Below are positions 7,414-14,742 of a DNA stretch of 32,000 bases, piece after piece. The stretch is taken from positions 3,450,001 through 3,482,000 of the forward strand of contig NZ_CP042905.2 in assembly GCF_008000775.2 (NCBI RefSeq), in the 5' to 3' direction. The notes beneath the pieces are model-generated. The model made no database searches. It had not been told where the DNA came from and saw only the letters and a program-made list of their open reading frames with translations. Made by a program: the position numbers and the translations under genes. The stretch is from Promethearchaeum syntrophicum. Its GTDB lineage: Archaea > Asgardarchaeota > Lokiarchaeia > Sigyniarchaeales > Promethearchaeaceae. How positions within the stretch are numbered: the stretch's first letter is position 1; the number at the start of each line of letters is the position of its first letter.

Positions 7414-9957
7414 TCAAGAAGGATTCTCCATTGGTAATTCTTCTTCATTAACAGTTTCAGTTATTATTTGAGTGTTAAAATACGCCTTAATCCAATCTTC
7501 TATTGAGATTTCCAAAAGTTCCCCGTTAAAATTTTCGATTTTTTTTCCATATTTTAACTCTATTTCATCTTTAAGTTTTAAAATATCCTTTTCTATCCAT
7601 CTCGGATTATCCTTTAGAAAAATTACTAACCAAAATGATTTTCCATGTATTAAATTTACATAACCACCCTCAATTTCAATGGTTCTTAGTTGAGAGCCTG
7701 TTATTTCTTTTATTAATGATAATATCCCTGTAAATGCACAAGAAATTAAAGCAACATCTGATTTTCGCAGTTTAGGTGACATTTTTTCTGCTAATGGAGC
7801 ACCGTTATCATGTAGGATTATTAAACCTAATAACGATTTTTTTACTTTGTTTTTTTTTATATAATAACCAACAACAGAACTACTGACTAAACCAATAAAG
7901 ATAGGTATTAATATTATCCAAAAAGTGGAGGATTTGATATTAATTGCTTGATTTACGTAGAGAAAACCAGTGTAATATTCATTTATTACCTCAACAACGA
8001 CATCATAACTACCTTCTTCAAGATCTAAAGGTATGTCCCATAAAAAAGATTCTTTATTATTTATACCTCCTAATCTTTCATTATAAACTAAATTACTGCT
8101 TGAATTTGTTCCGGAATATAATATTTTGATTTGAAGATCTACGGGTCTAAGTAAATATTGTTGATTTCCAATGTCTTTTAGATTGATTTCAAAATCAAGG
8201 GTATTTCCGGGAGCTATTGTTGTCCTACTCTTACTTAACTCAATTGTTGCGACTCTAGGACTAATTATTATTGGAATTTCAGAGTAAGTTAATCCATAAT
8301 ATTCTTTTTCAGCTGTTAATGATATTGAATACTCTCCCGGTAAGATTCCATAATGATTTAAATCGAGAATATCAGAATAATTACCATGTATATCCATTTC
8401 CATTACACCTAAAAGATCCCCAAATTCATATGTGATAAATCCGTCAGGAATAAGTATTTGATTATAATGATCACAATATTGACATGAAAAAGAAAAATTA
8501 TCTAAAGTATAAACATGTAATGGGGCTGAAATTATTTCAGAAACCCTGAAAATACTAATATCCTCTGAATAATAACCAATTTGGTTAGTGCCATTGAAAA
8601 AAATATTAATAGTAAGGGAATTTAAATCTAAGGATGGATTTATATACCATTGAAAATTCTTATAAGAAACATTATAAATCGAATTCTGATATAAAAGGGA
8701 TTCATTATTCCAAATAAAAGCATAAATGTCACCAATGCTTTTAGTAGAGACATTTATTGTAAGATTGGTTCCATATTGAAGGTTATTACTGAGATTAACG
8801 TCATTAATATAATTTTGACTTTTAAGATTAATATGACTAGCTTCGGTCAAAAATCCGATAATTTCTGAAGAAATTAATGAGTAACCTATAACTTCTGTTT
8901 GATTATAAACTTGAATATCATAGTAATCATCTTTTATACCTGAGATATTAATTTTATAATCAAAGTAGGGATACTCAAGAAAACCAGAATCAATTATCAA
9001 ATTCCATTCAACCCATTCTTGTTGAAATTGAGATTCATGTTGAATCAGAGAATTTTTATAATAAAAATTTTCAGATGAGTAAAAAAAATTTATGTTTTCA
9101 TCTGAGCTTACGGTTAAATTAATGTTAGAAGAAATAATATCTCCTAAAATCTTTACTGATCCTTGTCCTGGATATGTATCAATAACAGTAACTTCATTTA
9201 TTTTCATATTCACATCTTCTGGATTTATTAATTCTGAAGTAAAAATTTTCAAAGTCAAATCATAATTTGCAGTTTGCCAGAAAAAGCCTGTAAATTCCCA
9301 TGTCTCTGTGTCATTTTCTGAGAAAAGACTTTTTTCCCAACAACTATATTGGGACCCAACTTCTTGCATCCAGAGAAAATATATCCCAGGAGTTAAAATA
9401 ATCTGGTCAGAAAATGTAATATTTATCCATCCACCTGAGTTAATGAAAGGAGTAAATGAAATAATTGAATCCCCACTATAAGACTGATTTCTTATTTCCA
9501 TATTCACATAAATTTCATTTTTTTCAAAAATCTGTATTGAAAATCCAAGTAAATATACATGATCAATAATAATAAATGATTGTGCTTGCTGAGATCGAGA
9601 TTCTCCTCCCAAATCAGAACTTTCAACTATTGTAGTATTTATAGTTCCATTCATAACGTGAAAATCAATATTAGATTCATAATTATCATATGATTCGGGG
9701 GTTTCCATTAATAAATCAGATGAAATTAGCTCGGTATTAGATTGATTTCGATTTATTCTTTCGGATGAATTGAATTGGATTTTTGATGATGGAAGGTCTT
9801 GTGTTTTAGGTACAACAAGATTATCTTGAGAAAGGTTTCTCTCATTAAAATAAATCTGGTTGTGAGAAATATGCGTCGTATTTTCAATTTTTAAAGGAAT
9901 AAGAGATGATAATGATCCAAATATCAAGATTAATATCACGATTTTGTTTTTTTTCAT
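7414..9957 (-). CDS. Type-I membrane, glycoprotein-like receptor candidate with cytoplasmic Roadblock/longin-like tail (paralogue 2)
   Basis: The ORF opens at 10059, but Met35 (ATG 9957) begins a classical signal peptide, MKKNKIVILILIFGSLSSLIPL. TM helix TFWIILIPIFIGLVSSSVVGYYI lies at about 7858-7926 and is followed by KKNKVKKS. The 147-aa tail occupies 7417-7857. It is colinear with paralogue 1 throughout. Confidence 0.85.
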   Translation of the reverse strand: MKKNKIVILILIFGSLSSLIPLKIENTTHISHNQIYFNERNLSQDNLVVPKTQDLPSSKIQFNSSERINRNQSNTELISSDLLMETPESYDNYESNIDFHVMNGTINTTIVESSDLGGESRSQQAQSFIIIDHVYLLGFSIQIFEKNEIYVNMEIRNQSYSGDSIISFTPFINSGGWINITFSDQIILTPGIYFLWMQEVGSQYSCWEKSLFSENDTETWEFTGFFWQTANYDLTLKIFTSELINPEDVNMKINEVTVIDTYPGQGSVKILGDIISSNINLTVSSDENINFFYSSENFYYKNSLIQHESQFQQEWVEWNLIIDSGFLEYPYFDYKINISGIKDDYYDIQVYNQTEVIGYSLISSEIIGFLTEASHINLKSQNYINDVNLSNNLQYGTNLTINVSTKSIGDIYAFIWNNESLLYQNSIYNVSYKNFQWYINPSLDLNSLTINIFFNGTNQIGYYSEDISIFRVSEIISAPLHVYTLDNFSFSCQYCDHYNQILIPDGFITYEFGDLLGVMEMDIHGNYSDILDLNHYGILPGEYSISLTAEKEYYGLTYSEIPIIISPRVATIELSKSRTTIAPGNTLDFEINLKDIGNQQYLLRPVDLQIKILYSGTNSSSNLVYNERLGGINNKESFLWDIPLDLEEGSYDVVVEVINEYYTGFLYVNQAINIKSSTFWIILIPIFIGLVSSSVVGYYIKKNKVKKSLLGLIILHDNGAPLAEKMSPKLRKSDVALISCAFTGILSLIKEITGSQLRTIEIEGGYVNLIHGKSFWLVIFLKDNPRWIEKDILKLKDEIELKYGKKIENFNGELLEISIEDWIKAYFNTQIITETVNEEELPMENPS

Positions 9958-10005
9958 GTTGAAAATGCACATTTTGGTTTGTTTATTAGTGTAGTATAAA
10001 ACATC

Positions 10006-10025
10006 GTAAAAAAGTTGCTTTTTGT
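10006..10025 (-). promoter_or_regulatory. Conserved intergenic 20-mer upstream of paralogue 2 (copy B)
   Basis: Plus strand reads gtaaaaaagttgctttttgt. It differs from 7340-7360 by one T in the run and lies 49-68 nt upstream of ATG 9957. Confidence 0.5.
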
Positions 10026-10035
10026 TAGCATTTTC

Positions 10036-10043
10036 AAAAAAAA
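10036..10043 (-). terminator. Oligo-T (T8 on minus strand) terminator candidate after the SDR gene
   Basis: An A8 run on the plus strand lies about 20 nt downstream (in the minus sense) of the stop at 10063-10065. Confidence 0.4.
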
Positions 10044-10062
10044 GTAGTTTTATCATCAATTA

Positions 10063-10902
10063 TTATTTTCCAAGACGTTTACGTGCTTTTTTGTAATCTC
10101 CATCCATGAACCATCTAACAAGTCTAGGTAAATAACGATACAATAACCAAACCATCTTTGCTTCTCCTGGAAGAATATTATACTTTTTTTTTCTTATACC
10201 CTTGATAAAAACTTTAGCAACTTCTTCAGCACTAAGCAATTTTACGGTTTCCGATAATATTTTACACTCTTCTGGTTTAGTTTCATTCTCCTTTGCCATT
10301 CCGGGAGTGTCTGTGTCGGGAGGATAAAGAATTGAAAATCCAATATTAAATGGTTTTAATTCATGTCGTAGGGCTTCTGTTAAACCTACTATCGCAAATT
10401 TTGAGGGGCAGTAAGTAGCATAACTCATCATCCCGAAATATCCCATCATTGAACTTGTATTGGCGATGAAACCGCGTTTTTCTTTCATAAAATAAGGAAG
10501 AAGTGTTAAGATCGGAACTAATTGACCATAATAATTAACATCCATATTTCTCTTAAAATCATCCAAAGTTAATTTCTCAATATATTGCGGATATGCATAC
10601 CCGACTAAGTTCAATAAATAATCGGGAACTCGGTGATTGTTTATAAAATCTTTAATTAATGGTTTTAGTTTAACCATATCCGTAGTATCACATGAGAAGA
10701 ATTCAACAAATTGTGATTCTATGACTTTTAATTGATTTAATTCTTCTGCAACAGTTTTTAATACCTCCATATCACGTGCAATAATAAGCACACTTCCACC
10801 CATTTTTACAATAAGTTTTGAAGTTTCTTCTCCCATTCCCTTAGATCCTCCACAAATTATCGCAATTTTATCTTTAAAATATAATTTTTCCATTGTTACC
10901 AT
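10063..10902 (-). CDS. Short-chain dehydrogenase/reductase, 3-ketodihydrosphingosine reductase (KDSR/Tsc10)-like
   Basis: Rossmann motif [12 protein letters not shown] and catalytic NTSS...[10 protein letters not shown] (YxxxK) are present. The stretch [53 protein letters not shown] is colinear with the human KDSR segment [53 protein letters not shown], recalled from memory. The C-terminus is hydrophobic/amphipathic: [17 protein letters not shown]. Confidence 0.8.
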   Translation of the reverse strand: [279 protein letters not shown]

Positions 10903-10953
10903 CTTCTATTACGTTATTTTTTTATTAAAAAAACAGTAAAATAAACAAAAAAA

Positions 10954-11349
10954 CTAAAATAACCCCCAAGCAAAAATCATGAATAATGGCCCAAAAATAA
11001 TGCAAACAAGGTTTATGAATAAATTCATGATTGTATCACCAATATTTGTTGTGTAACCCCCGTTTTGAATGTTGAAAGAGATATCAAGCAAACCTAAAAA
11101 GAGTAACGCACTACCCGATGTAATTGTAAAAAATATTCCATAAGGTTGTTCCGATAAAAGACCGATCGCGGCTATGAGCAAACTTGGAGTTGCCCATCCT
11201 AAATCAGGAACTGGAAACGATCGTTCGAACCCTAAATAAACTTTGGATTTCTCGGGATTCTTATTTTCTACTAAAAAAAAATAAATCCAAAAACCGATTA
11301 AACCTACTCCAATTAAAATCTCAAATATTGCAATTAAAGTACTATTCAA
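10954..11349 (-). CDS. Small 4-TM membrane protein of unknown function
   Basis: 131-aa ORF with a TTG start preceded by GGTGAT at about 8-nt spacing. It has four hydrophobic segments (IAIFEILIGVGLIGFWIYFFL, PSLLIAAIGLL, IFFTITSGSALLFLGLL, LFINLVCIIFGPLFMIFAW). Confidence 0.6.
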   Translation of the reverse strand: MNSTLIAIFEILIGVGLIGFWIYFFLVENKNPEKSKVYLGFERSFPVPDLGWATPSLLIAAIGLLSEQPYGIFFTITSGSALLFLGLLDISFNIQNGGYTTNIGDTIMNLFINLVCIIFGPLFMIFAWGLF

Positions 11350-11407
11350 ATTTCATATCACCATATAAAATTCTGATAATGATCAATAAAAAAATTTATT
11401 TATCAAA

Positions 11408-12064
11408 TTAAGTTCGACGTTGTTGTTTCAATTTTTTAATTTCCTTTTCCAAGTCATCAATTTGTGCTTCTGCATTCACACCTGAAGGAACACTTGGAAG
11501 TGAAATTCCAGATTCTACACTCAATTCTGAATCAACTTCTGCGAGAGCTAAATTCACTTCATCATCAGTAACTCCAGTTGAAGATGCATCATCCGTAATT
11601 TCGAGTTGTTCTGAAGTTTCCCCGAACATAGACTCCATTGAACCGAACCCTAAATCCATTTCAGATAAGAGCTGCGCAATTTCAGGCATTTTTACTTGTT
11701 CTTGTAACCCTTGTAGAGTTCCTACAATATCTTCTGCAACTTTAGAAAATTGCCCCATAGCTTTTGCCTGTTCTAATCGATATTGAACTCCTTCCATCCT
11801 CACGCGAAAGTTTTCGGTAGAATGAGCCCATTTTCTATATTGTAATGAATTTTTCATATGAAGTTTTGAACCGGCAATATCCCCATTTTTTCGGGCAGTA
11901 ATTGCTTTTTTCTTTGCTGTGCGTTCTTGAATCTCCATTTTTCCAATTTGACGGGCCAGACGTTTGTTAAAAACTTTGATTTTTATCAAAGGAGATGTTT
12001 CATTATTTTTCTGATACCCTCCACTTAACCACGTCGCAAAATTTTTCAAAGAGCCGATTATCAT
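11408..12064 (-). CDS. ESCRT-III / Snf7-family protein (CHMP1-3 / Vps2-24-46-like) with a MIM1-like C-terminus, paralogue 1
   Basis: The ORF opens at TTG 12097. ATG 12064 (MIIGSLKNFATWLSG) aligns with the start of the paralogue at 14060. A basic helical hairpin (FNKRLARQIGKMEIQERTAKKKAITARKNGDIAGSKLHMKNSLQYRKW) is followed by MPEIAQLLSEMDLGFGSMESMF, an acidic region and the terminal IDDLEKEIKKLKQQ. This layout is colinear with CHMP1-type ESCRT-III as remembered. Confidence 0.85.
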   Translation of the reverse strand: MIIGSLKNFATWLSGGYQKNNETSPLIKIKVFNKRLARQIGKMEIQERTAKKKAITARKNGDIAGSKLHMKNSLQYRKWAHSTENFRVRMEGVQYRLEQAKAMGQFSKVAEDIVGTLQGLQEQVKMPEIAQLLSEMDLGFGSMESMFGETSEQLEITDDASSTGVTDDEVNLALAEVDSELSVESGISLPSVPSGVNAEAQIDDLEKEIKKLKQQRRT

Positions 12065-12145
12065 TCCCTTCCTTTTTTTCTTAATTACCAGTGTCAATAA
12101 AAAAAAATATTATTAACCTAATATAATGTTGTGATTGAAAATATA

Positions 12146-13948
12146 TTATTTAATGCTTTCCAGCTCATTCAAAAAATATTCATATTGCTTCATACCTAGT
12201 TCCCAAAATTCAGGTTTTGTTATATCAAACCCAATAATCTCTCCAATTTCTTTAGGAGATAAGGAACTTCCTGCTGACATAATCTTCTTGAATTTGATGA
12301 TAAATTCCGCTCCTTCCTTTTTATAGATCTGATATAACGCATACACAAACAATTGTGCGTATACATAAGGATAATTATAAAATCGAAAATTAGGTAGATA
12401 ATAGTGAGGTGTCTTTGCCCATTGCCATCGCATTTCATCGAACCAACTTACACTATCCCCAAAAATTCTATTTCTAGCATTACACCATAATTTTGCAATT
12501 GTTTCTCCATCTAAATGCTCTCCATTTTCAATAGAATCATAAAGGGTTTTTTCGAAAAATACACGGGCTGACACAAAGAAGACCCCCATCCCTGCTTCAT
12601 CTAATATATGAGCGAGAATTGAACGTTTTTCTGAATTCGATAGAGAAGGGTCATTTAGAAAGAGGTCAGTCATAAGCAATTCACCAAAAATTGAAGCGGT
12701 CTCCGCCACCACCATTGAAATATCAGTATTCAAGTAAGAGTTATTTTTCGTGCAGTAATAAGCATGAATTGCGTGTCCTAACTCATGAGCGAGGGTATAT
12801 TCACTATTCAAATCTTCACTATATGATGTAAGAATGAATGCAGAACGACCTTTAAACCATGTTGAGCAAAATGCCCCATTACTCTTCCCGTATCTTGGAC
12901 TTGCATCGATGTGAGTTTTATTATACATATCCTCTACAATCGTCTTAAATTCTTCATCAACATTTCCATAACCTTTGAGTATTTGATCTTTCGCAGATTC
13001 CCAATCAATTTTTTTATGAGTTAAGTCAGAAAGAGGTGCCATTATATCTTCACACCCTAATTTTGGTAAATTCATTAGAGAGGCTTTTTGATCCAAATAT
13101 CTTCGATATAATCCGACATTGCTCTCAATAGTTTTCATTAAATTATCTACAGTTGATTGATCAAGGTCATTGGCAATTAAACTCTGATGCATTGTATTAC
13201 TAAATTTCCTTCTCTTTGATGTATTTAACCAGTCACCACAAACATTTCGAAGAGCTGATGAGAAAATATCGTTTTCTTTCCCTATTAATCCATAAATCCC
13301 TTTAAAACAAGAAGTTCGTGTTTTTCTGTCGGGATGGGTTAAAAATGCTACTGCTTTACCGTAAGGGAGGGTTTTCAATTCTCCTTTTACTTCAAAATTT
13401 ATCATTCTAGTGTTTAACCATGATCCATGAATTTGACTCCAAGCTTCCACTCCAAACTGATCTTTTTCAAGAATTAATTGCTCTACGCTTTCAGATAGCT
13501 GATGTGGATATAGACGTAATATAATTTCAAGATGATGCTTATAATTAGCAAGAATAGGATCTGTAATTAGATTTTGATGTTCAAAAACATATTTACCGAT
13601 TTCGAGTGAAAGAAAGGCAATTTTCTTATTTAAATCTGTTAAAAAGCTTGTAATCTTAGTATGTAATTCTTGATTTTCAGGCAATGTCATATTAGCAGCA
13701 AAAGAAAGCTCAGAAAATTGCCTAAGTTCAGAAAACTCAACAAGAAAACTTTCTTCTTCTTGGAATAGATTCAGCAAATCAGTAGCAGTGAAATCTGGAA
13801 CGTTTATTTTGCCTTTGTATTTTAATACTAAATTATCTGTCATTTCTATAAGATTTTTTCGCGCAACTGCAATTTTTGGATGATTTGGATCGGGAAAAAG
13901 TTTGGTCAAATCCCATGCAATTTCATTTTCTAAATTTTCTGATTTCAT
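12146..13948 (-). CDS. pepF: M3B-family oligoendopeptidase F
   Basis: 600-aa ORF with AGGTGA 6 nt upstream of the ATG. The zinc site HELGHAIH is followed by AETASIFGE (the third ligand Glu region). Length and motif spacing are typical of PepF. Confidence 0.9.
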   Translation of the reverse strand: MKSENLENEIAWDLTKLFPDPNHPKIAVARKNLIEMTDNLVLKYKGKINVPDFTATDLLNLFQEEESFLVEFSELRQFSELSFAANMTLPENQELHTKITSFLTDLNKKIAFLSLEIGKYVFEHQNLITDPILANYKHHLEIILRLYPHQLSESVEQLILEKDQFGVEAWSQIHGSWLNTRMINFEVKGELKTLPYGKAVAFLTHPDRKTRTSCFKGIYGLIGKENDIFSSALRNVCGDWLNTSKRRKFSNTMHQSLIANDLDQSTVDNLMKTIESNVGLYRRYLDQKASLMNLPKLGCEDIMAPLSDLTHKKIDWESAKDQILKGYGNVDEEFKTIVEDMYNKTHIDASPRYGKSNGAFCSTWFKGRSAFILTSYSEDLNSEYTLAHELGHAIHAYYCTKNNSYLNTDISMVVAETASIFGELLMTDLFLNDPSLSNSEKRSILAHILDEAGMGVFFVSARVFFEKTLYDSIENGEHLDGETIAKLWCNARNRIFGDSVSWFDEMRWQWAKTPHYYLPNFRFYNYPYVYAQLFVYALYQIYKKEGAEFIIKFKKIMSAGSSLSPKEIGEIIGFDITKPEFWELGMKQYEYFLNELESIK

Positions 13949-14059
13949 TGATATTCACCTAACTACCTAGCTTATTTTATCTTACTATAAGAATTTTTTA
14001 GAAGGTATTTACTCCTAATAAATAAGTAAAATTTTATAAAAAAAAAAAATTGGTTCAAT

Positions 14060-14713
14060 ATGGGTTCAATAAAACGTTTTGCAGGTTGGTTAAGCGGTGA
14101 CCGAAGAAAAGGTGGATCAGATCCGGTGCGATCAACGATAACTAGCCTTAAGATATTCAATAAAAGACTCCAGAGACAAATACGGAAGATGGAGTCACAA
14201 GGAAAGCTAGCCAAGAAAAAAGCAATTGAGAGAAGGAAAGCAGGAGATATCCCCGGGTCCAGACTTCATATGAAATCATGTTTGCAATTTACCAAATGGT
14301 CTCATTCAACCGAGAATTTCAGAGTTCGGCTTGATGGAGTTCAATTTAAGCTCGAACAAGCGAAAGCGATGAATGATTTTTCGGGTGTTGCACAAGAAAT
14401 TGTTGGTGTTTTGGGTGAACTTCAAAACACAGTAAAAGCACCAGAATTAGGAAAAATTCTTTCTCAATTAGATTTGGGATTTGGAAATATGGAGTCAATG
14501 TTTTCAGAAACCTCTGAACAACTCGAGATTTCAGATGATGCATCCGCTTCTGGTGTGTCGGACGAAGAGGTGGATATGGCTCTTGCTGAAGTTGACGCAG
14601 AATTATCTTTAGATACGCGAGAAGCTTTACCTTCAGTTCCCGGCTTAGCTGACACTGGTGAAATTTCCGATTTAGAAAAAGAAATAGCCCGATTAAAATC
14701 ACAAAGAGATTAA
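14060..14713 (+). CDS. ESCRT-III / Snf7-family protein with a MIM1-like C-terminus, paralogue 2
   Basis: 217 aa, colinear with 11408..12064 and by eye roughly two thirds identical (GSIKRFAGWLSG, FNKRLQRQIRKMESQ, HSTENFRVRLDGVQFKLEQAKAM, LDLGFGNMESMFSETSEQLEISDDAS). The terminus is ISDLEKEIARLKSQRD. Confidence 0.85.
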   Translation: MGSIKRFAGWLSGDRRKGGSDPVRSTITSLKIFNKRLQRQIRKMESQGKLAKKKAIERRKAGDIPGSRLHMKSCLQFTKWSHSTENFRVRLDGVQFKLEQAKAMNDFSGVAQEIVGVLGELQNTVKAPELGKILSQLDLGFGNMESMFSETSEQLEISDDASASGVSDEEVDMALAEVDAELSLDTREALPSVPGLADTGEISDLEKEIARLKSQRD

Positions 14714-14728
14714 ATTCAAATATATAAT

Positions 14729-14742
14729 AAAAAAGTTTTTTT
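14729..14742. terminator. Bidirectional A6-G-T7 tract between convergent genes
   Basis: The sequence aaaaaagttttttt lies between the stop of the plus-strand ESCRT-III gene (14711-14713) and the stop of the minus-strand PAS gene (14741-14743). It reads as an oligo-T run on both strands. Confidence 0.35.

Noticed and set aside
5012-8129. Short plus-strand ORFs 5012..5200, 7472..7663 and 7944..8129
   Set aside because: They are antisense shadows inside the two large paralogous genes, whose frames are validated by mutual conservation.
12135-12438. ORFs 12135..12326 (+) and 12220..12438 (-) inside the pepF region
   Set aside because: They overlap the 600-aa PepF frame, which carries the HEXXH motif. 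They are short and have no motifs.
13972-14214. 80-aa minus-strand ORF across the pepF / ESCRT-III divergent spacer
   Set aside because: It overlaps the conserved N-terminus of the plus-strand ESCRT-III paralogue. The sequence is low-complexity and has no SD.
14346-14702. Minus-strand ORFs 14346..14702 and 14464..14655
   Set aside because: They are antisense to the ESCRT-III paralogue, whose frame is confirmed by similarity to 11408..12064.
11408-14713. Alternative call of the two Snf7-like proteins as PspA/Vipp1 (IM30)
   Set aside because: The hairpin, then the short helices (MPEIAQLLSEMD...MESMF), then the acidic linker and the C-terminal MIM1-like helix match eukaryote-type ESCRT-III (CHMP1-3 layout). 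PspA-type proteins instead have long uninterrupted coiled coils. A MIT-domain Vps4 is also present in the window.
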